NCBI RefSeq assembly: GCF_964355755.1
Contig: NC_092679.1
Location: 16,661,432 to 16,725,431 of the forward strand
Direction: 5' to 3'
From: Antedon mediterranea
Lineage: Eukaryota; Animalia; Echinodermata
DNA: 64,000 nucleotides
The position numbers were made by a program, and so were the translations under genes. A model generated the notes under the pieces. That model did no database searches. It saw only the letters and a program-made list of their open reading frames with translations, and was not told where the DNA came from. Position 1 is the first letter of the stretch; each line of letters starts with the position of its first letter. Shown here in pieces: positions 1-11,743 of the stretch.

Positions 1-1109
1 TGTTCACCACCAATTGTAAACCTGAAAATATATATATTTTTTTAAAACAATTTCCGTGTACAAAACTGACATTTAAAAACATTACAAGAGTTTTTAAATT
101 AGCTACTTAAAAAATGATGTTACAGGATTGTGGTGGTTTAGTTGCTGGAAACTTACTTGTTCTTTTTAGAATCTGTTCTTTCTCAATTTTCGATGTTCTA
201 ACAAATTCTTGCTCATTGCGTTCCAATTTCTTTAGACAGGTCTTGTCAAATCTAAAAAATTATTTTGCCAATTGAATATGGTTGAAGGAATTTACAATGT
301 GACCACAAAAATAATTGTTTGCACAATGTAAATGTCAGTTCTTTATAAACGCTATATTGCATCATGCAATGTGCAAGCTTCACTAACTTTTTAGAAAATC
401 GACCGGCTCATAAGTATTATGAAAAACCTTATTCACATGCGCCAAGAAGCTTCTGAGAAATAGTGTGATGAAAGAAAAACAAAATATAGTTACTGCAGTA
501 TATGCAGTAAAATAATTGTGTACATGGTCGATCCTCGATTTTTACAAATTTGTTGTTAATAATGTTATATTATTGCTTTAAGACATAATACTTTATGTTA
601 TTTTCTTACACTTACTGTGAGTCTTTACTAAGCTTGTTTCTGGCAGTGGAAGTGACACACTTTTTATTGCTGGTGATGTCATCTTCCGTCAATTTTTCTT
701 TGGATGTTTGGCAGAATCGTTCCATGTCCTGAAGCTAGAACAATTTTATTTGTAAAAACAATGGAAAATGGGAGAATATTGATACTAGGCCTAGTATAAA
801 CACATTTTCAAAATTCCTTCGGAAACTAATTTGCATATTTAAATTAAACACGTGCCCATTATACTGTAGGCCCAGCTAGTGGTGCCTATTGACAGTACTT
901 TCCTGCCTCATGTGGCTTGCTCCCTGCCTGCCTCTCTCTGGTTCGGGTGTAGAGGTAGGCCTAATCTAGTATAGTATAGGCCTAGTTAGTATAATTAATA
1001 TGTCTAGGCTGCCGTTTTTTAAATGACTAATTCTCAATTTTTTACCAACCTTTTTTAAGTTACTTCCAAGAGTATGAAGTGTATTTTGTAATGTTTGTAA
1101 TTCTGCCAT
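1..1109 (-). CDS. 5' part of a spliced gene for an uncharacterised, probably coiled-coil protein (runs off the left edge)
   Basis: Exons 1109-1050, 734-616, 251-157 and 21-<1 have GT..AG boundaries and compatible phases (0,2,1). Translation: MAELQTLQNTLHTLGSNLKK-LQDMERFCQTSKEKLTEDDITSNKKCVTSTARNKLSKDSQ-FDKTCLKKLERNEQEFVRTSKIEKEQILKRT-SLQLVVN. Family not recognised. Confidence 0.7.
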
Positions 1110-1296
1110 ATTTACGGATTGGGCTTTTTTTTATACAATAAAAATACACGAAATTTCTCTCCTTTTTTCAATTCCCCCACACAAAACACATTTTGTTTTG
1201 TTTATATTACCGCCCTCTACCGATTGTCGATTGTCTCGAAAAAAACTACTACCACCAGCATCGCGACGCGACAAACGATGAGAGACCAAAACTAAG
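1110..1296. promoter_or_regulatory. Bidirectional promoter between the minus-strand gene and DRAP1
   Basis: Only 187 bp separate two divergent ATGs. The interval is locally CpG-rich (tcgcgacgcga) and contains actactaccaccagcatc (about 1244-1262), which resembles the ZNF143/Staf ACTACAnnTCCCAGCATGC motif. Confidence 0.6.
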
Positions 1297-4200
1297 ATGC
1301 CTAGCAAAAAGAAGAAATTTAATGCCCGATTTCCCCCAGTAAGTGTAGTTTTCAGAAGTTTATAAACTGTGCCTTATATTTATGTTGACGGTTAGTTAGT
1401 TCTCTAGACCTAACATATAATATAATAACTAAAGTGGACACCCTAAGCTAGGCCCAGCCCGAGGCCTCATCATAAATAATAAGGTGGGCCTGTCTCCCCA
1501 GCCTTGATGGATGGGTTGAGTGGCTTCCACCTGAAGTAGCCTAGACCAGGGAGTTGTTATTAGACAACTCCCTGCATAGACTAAGCCTAGCTTATGATGA
1601 ATTGATCAACATCTTATTACCAATGACAATGTTGCATTCGTATTATACAATTGATAATTAACATACAATAATGTTGCCATAAAACATTTACAATTAAAGT
1701 TATGTTATATATAGGCCTATATGAATATGATGACAGCCTAAAAAAGGAGCCCTAGATAGATACATTACTAGGCCTATAGGCTATATATAGTTAAAAGTTA
1801 AAATAGGCCTAGTAGTAGTACAGCCGAATAGTCCAAATAGGTGGGATGTATGTATTTTTTATTCTTTTTTTAGGCAAGGATAAAGAAAATAATGCAGACA
1901 GATGAAGATATAGGGAAGGTATCACAAGCAGTTCCAGTTTTAATATGTATCCTTTTCTATTAAAAATAAAATCAAATCTCTAAAATCATCCTAAAGTTGA
2001 TTGAATCAACAACAATTTTCATCAAACATCAACAGCACAATCATCAACAACAAAAATCAATCATCAGCCGATTCTTGGTATTCTATCTATTTCCGAATTA
2101 TTATACAGTAGGAAAATGTAGTAATACAACATCACATGTGTGTCACATCCATGTGTCTAGTAGTAACCTAACTAACCTTTAAACATGATACAGGCACAAC
2201 ATGAGATGCTGTATTACCAAATATTTTCAGAGGTACAGCACTGGGAATCGGGTGCAATCAGTGGGGGTCAAGGAATCAGAAATATGACTAGCCCACTGCT
2301 AAACGTTGAAGTGCTGATCTTATTTAGTTAATCAGTTGTATTGTTTACATGTTTTTCCTTAATTGTATATAACTAGCAAAAGCATTAGAAATTTTTTTAG
2401 AAGCATTAGTGAAAAAATCGCATGAGAAAACCAAAGCTAGAAATGCAAAAACTATGACTAGATCACATATGTAAGTATCCTGCCTCTACTTCCTTCTCTA
2501 TTTTGTTTCCTGGTCTTCTTCCTCCTCCATTTTTTCATTCATTTCTTGTCTTTTATTTTCCTTCTCTACCATTCTTCCTCAATTCTACACCATTCTCTAA
2601 TGGCCATATTCACCAATCACACATAAGTGAGATATCCCTTAAATATATTATCGCATAACTCAATAAATATTTAAATATTTACCTTAAAAATTGTATTCAC
2701 TTTTTTAATTTTAAGGGTAAAGAATTTCCCTTAGCCTAAGTGTCAATATTGGTGAATACGGCCACTGACTTCACTCCTCTTTCCTTCATTTCTTTTTTAT
2801 TGCCTTTCTTTATTTCTCCCTTCTTCTTCTCCTACATTTTATATCTAAACCCTCAGATTTGATTCCATGATAAAAAGTACACTACTCTTACACAGTGAAA
2901 TATTCTTTTTCAAAAAGATTGATAAATGCTTTTAATCTGTATAACACTTCGCGTTTAAAGTACATTTGTGTGTTGTATTATTATTGTGTTGAAATCTTCT
3001 GAATTTGTATCTATGTATTATCTATTTGTTTTATATTTCTAGCCAGTTTCAAATGTATTTTCATTTTTTAAAATAATACTATGGACAATAAAATAATGTC
3101 AGTATCAGTATAATTTCTTTAAATTCGTTTTTCTTTGTAGAAAACAATGCATTGAAAATGAAAGTAAATTTGATTTTCTGAAAGATCTTGTCGAAGGGGT
3201 TCCTGACATGCCGTGTGAAGAAGATGACACGAATAGCAATGAAGCACACACACAAGAACCAAAACAAAAACATGCAAGGTAGTGTCATTATTTAGATCCA
3301 TAGAACACTTGTTTTGTATTGTCCGCCAAAAACATGAAAAATGAAGATTAATAAGAAAAGACTTTCAATAGGCTACTTTGCAGTTTTTATAAAGTTAATC
3401 ACTTCTATATATATAAAAAAATAATGTTAAAAAATAATTCAATCATAAAAAGACAAAATAAACAGTTAAATCCAACCAAAAACGGATTTCCAAAAAATTT
3501 GACTATTTTAAATTATTTTAGGTAAATCATTTTTTAAAATTCAATTTTTTGACATTAAAATGGCATATTCAAAAAAAAAAAAAAAAAAAAAAACTTTTCA
3601 GGGTGACAATACTTCTTTTTTTATTATTACTGTACACTAGGTCTATTTTCCACATGTCCCTGCCTCTTGTTTACCGATACTGATGCCTAAGATTTTTGTA
3701 ATAGTGCCCTCTATAGTTTTATGTATTTAAACATTTTTATAGAGCCCTTTACAGTGGTTAGGACACTTGACTGTCATACAGATAGACCTGGGTTCAATTC
3801 CCGACAACTCCCAGTCCACTCAGCTGTAAATGAGTACCTGGTTGAAAATACTAGGGAGAAAAAGGCGGCGTGGAAAGGAACTGGCCACCCTACCACATAA
3901 TGCCGAGGCTTAGTACAATGAGCTCCTAACAGCTCATTCTCCTACGTTCAGAGAACCTTTATAGAGCCCTTTATTGTTTGACCATGCTTGCTACTGCTTG
4001 CTTTCCCCATAAAGGATTCAATTCCACTTGTTTGAACCAGTTATTCAATGCATTAAGTTTAATTAAAGATCAACAATGTATTCATATGCAATTTATATGG
4101 TTGTTTATTTTTTCTTTAGGAGAGGGCGGCCACCAAAAAAAGCACAGGCACTAGCAAATGTTGGAACAAGCAGTAAAACATATCGCCAATCATCGGAAGA

Positions 4201-5533
4201 AGTATCATTTTCTGAGGTAAGATTAAAAGAGCATGAATTGTTCTAGCTTTCACTAAAGTCCACTTCCTTTATTGCTTAGTTCATACTACCATCTATTGCT
4301 AAAAAAGTACAAATTTTTCCAATCTTGTTGTCAGTACACAAAAAAAAAACCAATTGTATCATCTTAAGATTCAATTACATTTTTCCAGTAGAACCCCTCT
4401 CTTTGACACCCCTACCAAGAGAAAACCCCTACCCAGAGGACAACCCTACCAAGAGGAAACCCCTACCCAGAGGACACCCCTACCCAGAGGACACCCCTAC
4501 CCAGAGGACACCCTACCCAGAGGACACCCTACCCAGAGGACACCCCTACCCAGAGGAAACCCCTACCCAGAGGACACCCCTACCCAGAGGACAACCCTAC
4601 CCAGAGGACAACCCTACCCAGAGGACACCACTACCCAGAGGACACCCCTACCCAGAGGACAACCCTACCCAAAGGACACCACTACCCAGAGGAAACCCTA
4701 CCCAGAGGAGACCCCTACCCAGAGGACACCCCTACCCAGAGGACAACCCTACCCAAAGGACACCACTACCCAGAGGAAACCCTACCCAGAGGACAACCCT
4801 ACCCAGAGGACACCACTACTCAGAGGACAACCCTACCCAGAGGACACCCCTACCCAGAGGACAACCCTACCCAAAGGACACCCCTACCCAGAGGCAGTGC
4901 TGCCCAGAGGACAACCCTACCCAGAGGACATCCCTATTCAGAGGATACCCCTATTAAGAAGACATTTTCTTGGAAACAAACAAGGGACGATATATGTTTT
5001 AACACTATGGCCAACCTATTAAGCAGACATTTTCCCGAATGTGCCTACATGTATTTAAATTTCTTCATATATATTTTCTAATGTTGTATTTTTACTGTAG
5101 GATGATTCTGAGGCATCAGAAGATGACACAACGGCAAGTGAAGAAAATATGAATCAAGTAAAGCATTCACGATTACAGTGAGTATACTGACGTATTCCTC
5201 TACAAATATACACGTTTGACACCAATATTCAGGTGTAATATTTTCTATATTCGTTACATTTTTTAAGCCTAGCTACTCTCTGTACAGATTTTCAAATTCT
5301 TACAATATTATGATTTTAATTTATTTCACAGGGATGCTAGAGAAGATAAAACAATACCACCACAGAGAGAAAAAGCACCGACACAATTGATGCCCCCTCA
5401 TCCTTTATTCCACACTGCCTCAAACCCCAGTGGTAACAGTAACCATGGTGACAATTCTCTTGTAATGGGTTTCTACCAACCTTCTCTTAATACGCAACAA
5501 AATGACGAAGACGAGGAAGACTATGATTGTTAG
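1297..5533 (+). CDS. DRAP1: Dr1-associated corepressor (NC2 alpha), about 240 aa, 7 coding exons
   Basis: Exons 1297-1338, 1874-1946, 2377-2470, 3141-3278, 4120-4216, 5101-5177 and 5332-5533 join in frame (723 nt). [47 protein letters not shown]...KQCIENESKFDFLKDLV is the NC2-alpha histone fold, and the C-terminus DEDEEDYDC matches vertebrate DRAP1 (DEEDYDS). Confidence 0.95.
1947..2376 (+). other. U12-type (minor spliceosome) GT-AG intron, DRAP1 intron 2
   Basis: The 5' site is GTATCCTTT at 1947. The branch point TTTTCCTTAAT lies at about 2353-2363, 13 nt from the end of the 3' TAG (2374-2376), and there is no polypyrimidine tract. Confidence 0.9.
2601..2764. mobile_element. Small MITE in DRAP1 intron 3
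   Basis: Terminal inverted repeats tggccatattcaccaat ... attggtgaatacggcca. Confidence 0.65.
3752..3957 (+). mobile_element. 5'-truncated tRNA-derived SINE with 16-bp target site duplication
   Basis: A-box remnant (cagtggttagg), B-box GGTTCAATTCC at about 3791, and a central motif ccactcagctgtaaatgagtacctg of the kind seen in invertebrate SINE cores. Direct repeat tttatagagcccttta at 3736-3751 and 3958-3973. Confidence 0.85.
4386..5030. repeat. 16-17 bp minisatellite (cccctacccagaggaca)n expanded inside a CAGTAGAACC-ended DNA-transposon relic, DRAP1 intron 5
   Basis: About 30 tandem copies at 4410-4950. Begins cagtagaacccct and ends with tatgttttaacactatggcc, a segment also found at about 13745 and 25535. 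Confidence 0.85.
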
Positions 5534-6614
5534 GTTGAAAATTGTTGGAAAAAAAATTATAAAAGGGAAAAATCCTCAACTCATAGTTGACTTTATAATG
5601 TTAAAAGCTGATCATCCATTTAAAAACTTGTTTAACTTCTGCAGAAAAAAAGAAAATAAATCGCTTTACTACATGTGTTTAAAGTTTGAAGTAGAATCTA
5701 AAGTTTTAATAAGATTTTTGGTATTATGGGTATAATACAATCCATATACCTTACTGTTTGATTTTATATACTGTACTATATATAGGCCTAAGATATATGA
5801 AATAATATTTTAGTTTGCTTTTACGAGGTTTTAGTAGGGTTTGGTTGAGTTTCAAATAGAAATTAGGGTCATATGATGGGGCTTATGATTGTTGAATTTT
5901 AAATTGGTCCTGTTTTATTTTAGTTGTGATAAAATAAACTTTCTGTATGTTGTAAGTTGTGTACAAATCCCCCAGGTTTAGCACTCCTAAGGGGCCATCC
6001 AATGCTAAACCAAATTTCATTGAGGCTGCTTGTGCTCTGGGGCCTCTTAAGCTTTGGGCCCAGGGTTTAGCCAGTGAGCGCTTATGGCAGTTACACGACT
6101 GATGTAGCACTGACTTAAAACGTGACAATAACGTTTGATCATAAGTATGAACTTATATGACCTATTGTATTATTGATATACTCCGTTAAAAATATTATAT
6201 AAACTTAATTTTGAGATGGTCTGTTGATTGCTATATTAAAGAAATTATTTTTATTTAAACTTCAATCTGTTGACTCAGTGGCTAAAAAGTTTGCATCATG
6301 AGAAGTTTTTGTTGTTCTCTAATGTTCATGTATAAATTACCAAAATAAAGAAAGCTGCCTATTATATTGAAAATAACATAAAACGGGCAAAAAACAATAA
6401 TCGGCAGAAGAATTAAATTTTGGTATCGCGGCGGTTTTGTTATTGATTGACAGAGCAATTTACGGAGATTTTGATGAGGCGTCTAAAAACAAATTCCAAC
6501 CGATAGTTGGCGCCCTTGTCCGGCAGACGATCATCGATGATCAACAACTGCTGCTGCATGCTCGCGTTTTACGCAACATCTGTGACATGTGTGCATGAAA
6601 TATCCAAAATAAAC

Positions 6615-9279
6615 ATGGTAAGAAAGTGTCATTTTTATACAATTAACTATATTTGGCGTATATTTAATATCCAGATAGTTATTTTTTATGTATTAACAGT
6701 TATGAACAAGTATAGGCCCAATGGCAGCTAGGCCTAAACTGAGCGAGGCTAGCTAGCTAGGCTAATATAATAGTAATGAGGCCTAATAGGCTAGTAGCCT
6801 AGGCCTAGTAGTAAGAGGTACAGTCCGTGTGGCAGTCGCTATCAGTATCACAATCACAGGACACTAGCCTAGCTAGTTAGTGTAGCAGCATACTCATAGC
6901 TAGTCTATCAGGCAGGAGAGCTAGGCCTAACTAGGTGGCTAATACTAAGTGGCATGGCTTTCCTCCTAAACTAAAAGCCTAGACTAGAGGAACAGCACTT
7001 TCTAGACCAGCTTTACTAGTTAGCTTTTTTGCCATTTTTGTTTGTGTGGATTTGATTGATTTAATTGTATTTAAAATCTTTAATGTAAAATGTTAATTCA
7101 ATGTTTATGGTCAGTGTACAGCAGTAGTTTACTTTATACTGATATTCATATAATGAATTTTCTTTTGTTTTATTGAAGGGCAAAGACAAAAGAACCAAAA
7201 AGTTTGCAACAATGAAACGAATGATTTCACTGAAGGACTCAAGAATGTGAGTGAAAATTGTGACATTAATTAAAATTAATTATGTTTTTGTATGGTTCAC
7301 TAGTTTGTTTAGTGGTACAATTTATTTTTTTTTTTCGGTGAAAATTTCATGTATACATTGTGTATTATCAAATAATAAAGAGTATTATTTTTACTGTAAC
7401 ACTGTATTTTTTTCCAATTTAGAAAAGACACAGATAAGAACAAACAAAAACCCAAACCTGTTCCAAAATGGAAAGAGGAAAAAGAGAAAAAGATTGTACC
7501 CAAAGAGGTTCCTCAATACTCGTCCGCTTTATTTTTCAAGTACAACACGCAACTTGGTCCACCATACTATGTCATTGTTGATACAAACTTTATCAATTTT
7601 GCAATAAAGAATAAAATAGATTTAGTACAAGGCATGATGGACTGTCTTTATGCAAAATGTAAGTATTTATTCAGCTCGATCAATGGAATTAACCAGTTGT
7701 ACAGTACTTTTACTTGTTAAAAAGCTTAAATACTGATTATGTACAATACAGTAAATTATGAATGTTTATGAGGTGAAATGGAAGAATATTAGTTGAAATA
7801 TTATTATTTATCTATTCATCAAATATAAAACATTCTTTACTGGTTTTTTATAACACACCTGCTTTAGATTTAAAAAAATAAGATACAGTATATATCTTCT
7901 ACCTTCCAGGTATACCATGTATTACTGACTGTGTAATGGCAGAATTAGAAAAACTTGGAAGGAAATATAATGTAGCACTTAGATCAGCTAAAGACAAAAG
8001 ATTTGATAGGCTGCCATGTTTACACTCGGGAACATACGCAGATGATTGTATTGTACAGCGAGTAACACAGGTTAGTCATTTTCACATCACACCTTGGTAA
8101 AAAGTACCCAGAGTTTTTGGTTCATTGTTGTACCGGAAGTAGGACTGTCAATCCAAAATGTATAGCAAAGTAAAACCCAGTTGTGTAACGGCGATGAGCG
8201 CTCACTGGCTAAACCCAGGGGCTCCAGTGCATGAGTAGCTTCAATGCAACTGCCTTGCTTTGGCCCTTTACACCACTGGTAAAACCCCTATTTTGCATGT
8301 AGTTATGGAAACATGAAGAATTGATGGACCCTACTTTTTGTTTTATATGACACATACAGTGTGCATTGTTTTCACCTGTTTATGTAAAGATGTGCCTACT
8401 CAAAACCCCACCATCTCTTTTAAGAGATTATTAAAATTATATTTAAAGGGAGCTTTTGATTTCCAACGACATAGAATCTACCTATATGTCATCAGTACCT
8501 AGAAAGTACCAAAACTATGCCAAGGAATTGAGCGAGGAAGCCCTCCAAAATGTTCCTGTATGAATTAACATGACGTACTACCAGTTCCTAGGTCGTAATT
8601 CAAAAGTGTTCTATTTTAATCAATTCTCCCAATACAGAGATTCCATGAAACTCTCCCATAATTTGTATAAATGTTTCTATAATTCCAGACTTTCCAGCAA
8701 TATAAAAAAATTAGTCAGGAAGCATGTTTTATTTTCATGCAATGATACTATATAGTAAATTTAATAAAAGGGAGCAGAATTTGGGATTTACATTATAATA
8801 TTTTGACAGTAAGTTGTATTATTTAACAATCCTTTTTTTCTTCTATACTCCGCAGCATAAATGTTATATAGTTGCAACTTGTGATAGAGATTTAAAAAGA
8901 AGAATTCGTAAAGTACCAGGAGTGCCTATCATGTACATGTCTCAACACAGGTATGTTGTACCTTGCATATTTATTGAAAGCTCTGTCTACACTATCAAAC
9001 TAGAAAAAAAAAAGTGTGATGTGTCCAAATATGGTAGTAATATTCTCAAAAGTGGTAGTGCTATGACATCATCATGTCCATATCTGGGCACATTTTTTTG
9101 TCACATAAAGTTAGTGTAGACAGAGCTTTAGTGAAATACTTTGTATTTAAGGGAAGTATTCCACTCAAGTGTGATTAGTAAGTATGGCCACAGGTACAGA
9201 ATATATATATATATATTTTTTTTATTACAGATTCACAATAGAACGCATGCCAGATGCGTTTGGAGCACCCAAAGTGTGA
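6615..9279 (+). CDS. FCF1: rRNA-processing protein FCF1 (UTP24), PIN-domain nuclease, about 203 aa
   Basis: Exons 6615-6617 (ATG only), 7179-7246, 7423-7658, 7910-8070, 8856-8950 and 9231-9279 (612 nt). Translation: [23 protein letters not shown]...[23 protein letters not shown]...[41 protein letters not shown]...[13 protein letters not shown]. Confidence 0.96.
8178..8278. mobile_element. hAT-type MITE in FCF1 intron 4
   Basis: Ends cagttgtgta...tacaccactg with an 8-bp target duplication gtaaaacc (8170-8177 and 8279-8286). Related copies at about 5970-6101 and 44525-44715. Confidence 0.75.
8979..9127. mobile_element. MITE family A (TIR AGCTCTGTCTACACTATCAAAC), probably PIF/Harbinger type
   Basis: Inverted ends agctctgtctacacta...tagtgtagacagagct. 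At least 12 related copies occur in the window. Confidence 0.85.
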
Positions 9280-9499
9280 TGATGTTACAAGGATATTCTA
9301 TTACGGTAAAGCTGGTATTTCATACTTGGTTTTTTGCACAGTTTTGGAAGGGGGTTGCAATTACTATCAATTGTGATGTGTAGCTTACTTGCTGGAACCA
9401 ATTTCTCCATTCATTTGATTAAAATGAATACAATATAACTATGTTTTTAAGGAATTTTATCAGCGTGTTCAGAACAGTGATCAGATTAAAAACAAAGTT

Positions 9500-9826
9500 G
9501 ATCATGAGTGAGTTACTAATGATAAAATTTATCACATGAAGGAGTTACTCATGATCAAGTTGATCATATGAAGGAGTTACTCATGATCACATGAAGGAGT
9601 TACTCATGATCAAGTTGATCACATGAAGTTACTCATGGTCACATGAAGGAGGTACTCATGATCAAGTTGATCATAAGGTAGTTAATCATCATTAAGTTGA
9701 TCTTGAGGGAGTTAATCATGATCAAGTTGATCTTGAAGGAGTTAATAATGATCAAGTTGATCCTTAAGGAGTTAATCATGATCAAGTTGATCTTGAAGGA
9801 GTTAATCATGATCAAGTTGATCATGA
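9500..9826. repeat. About 30-bp minisatellite (gttaatcatgatcaagttgatcttgaagga) downstream of FCF1
   Basis: About 10 tandem, partly degenerate copies with a near-palindromic core atgatcaagttgatcat. Confidence 0.85.
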
Positions 9827-11743
9827 CCAAGAAAAACTGTTATCGTTTTTTTATATAAAATCGTTATTATTTATGCAAATGCTGTTCACTGTTGCATGAA
9901 AACACTAAAAATACTCAATGAAATGAGCTACTACAATTGTGCGCGTACTGTATGCAGTGTTCTTTTTTGTAAAAAAAAAGATTGGTTAACTTAGGCTGAA
10001 CTTTAACTTGAGTTAACATGATGGTTCATGATGTTGTAACTTTGCACGAATTTACATGCTTGAAAAAAGCATGATCAACGCTCTTATAGATTTACATAAA
10101 AATGAAATATTATGCTCAATAATAGCATGATAAACGCTGTTGGACACATAAAATACATCGTGGTTTTAAAGCTGTTGATGATCAACTGAGAATGTGGACT
10201 TTGGCACAGTTACACACACTTACGGTTTTCACAAAACCATCTTGGGAAGTGTGAACCCACTTTTAGCTGACTGGAACGATGCTGAGAAACCTGGATTCAC
10301 ACTATATTAAACAATTTTTACGACCGCCGGCATTATTTATTTTTTGTAGCATACTTCTGAGATTAATCCGCATTTTAATAAAATAAATTACATTTCTTTT
10401 ATTTTTATTGAATAACTAATTTAAACGGAGGAAAATTAAACGTATATACAAAACATATTTTGTTTGTACAATGTACTGTAATATTTCTCAGTGTTATAAC
10501 AAATTTTTTTTTGTACATTTCGCTGTGTTCACACTATTGACGTTTCCTGCGTCCCCTCTCTAACCTCAAATAGTGTGCTCAAGCGGTCAACCATATGTTC
10601 TATTTTGATCATCGGTCTTCTTTAAGCGATTAAGTATATTCGTTTAAAACTTATCCTAGCGTACTTTAGCGTTTGCAATATTAAGCTCCCGTTTTAACTA
10701 GTTGACCTCAAGGCAATGTTTTATGCCAATATGTACAAGGTTATATCCCCGAATGAAAGATTCAACAGAAATTGCTGTAATAATTTATAGTGGTTTTCAA
10801 GCCATGATATGCTCATTAATATTTTTTTAATCGATCATGGTTAACTTTTTATAGTAGAGCACATGACAGTATCTATGTAAAAATGTGCTAACTATCTACA
10901 TTCAGATGGAATATATCGTGTAAATGTTGCCTAACTATGAGGATAACTGCGACTTTATTAACAATATTATTATGAAATTAATTTGTTAATGTCGTCGATT
11001 AATCGAAAACTCCGCCTAAAATTGTGCTGACTAGCTACATTCAGACGGCGCCGTTTTGTAAATATTATGGAACATCGTGTGAAATTTAGCTTAACTATGA
11101 TATAGGCCTAATTGTTGGAATTACTGTGAAGTAGCTTGCGTCAGGATATCTGACGAATTCATTTGACACGCATACAAATTAACATTACATCCGAAAGATC
11201 TCGTGGATGAAAACGCAATGTTATCGACGCTAGAATATTTCACAAAAAACCGATTGATACAATTTTTCATTGTTTACGATTAATCGAAAACTTCCGCTCC
11301 GCATACATTTCTCATGAAGTGGATTTAAGTTATCTAATTTCATTTTATTTACAAGTATAAGAAAACGCATTTTCTCAACTGCGTCTAGATCTCGCGCAAC
11401 GCAAGATTTCTACGATTTTTAATTATATCCGAGATGAATAAAATACTACGTTGAGTTTTCCAAATTGTTGTCGTAAAAAGAAGATGCGATTGAAATCGCT
11501 TCCGCCGACTGATACGTCTGTACTGAAAATGTACCTACCCATCGTCATTCTCATTGTTTTCTCAAACGTTTTCTTATTTTCACACGAAAAAAACATTATG
11601 TACTAATTTGTTCATAAATATATAACTTTATTGCGGAATAAATTGATATAATTTCTCTTATTATTTATCTGCGTAGTGACGACATTGCGTAATACTGTAA
11701 TTAGATTTTGAAATAGCACATTGTTTCGCTTTAAAGTAATAGG

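Noticed and set aside
2471-2482. GTATCCT within the DRAP1 intron 3 donor as a second U12 site
   Set aside because: The in-frame donor is the canonical GTAAGT at 2471; the U12-like word is offset by 4 nt and would shift the frame.
3752-3810. tRNA gene
   Set aside because: No acceptor stem or complete cloverleaf; it continues into a SINE body flanked by a target duplication.
4325-5022. Two overlapping Pro/Arg/Thr-rich ORFs (210 and 222 aa)
   Set aside because: They are translations of a stop-free intronic minisatellite, open in several frames, inside DRAP1 intron 5.
10170-10290. Possible box C/D snoRNA (TGATGA ... CTGA)
   Set aside because: No terminal stem or recognisable rRNA-complementary guide, and it is not inside an identified intron.
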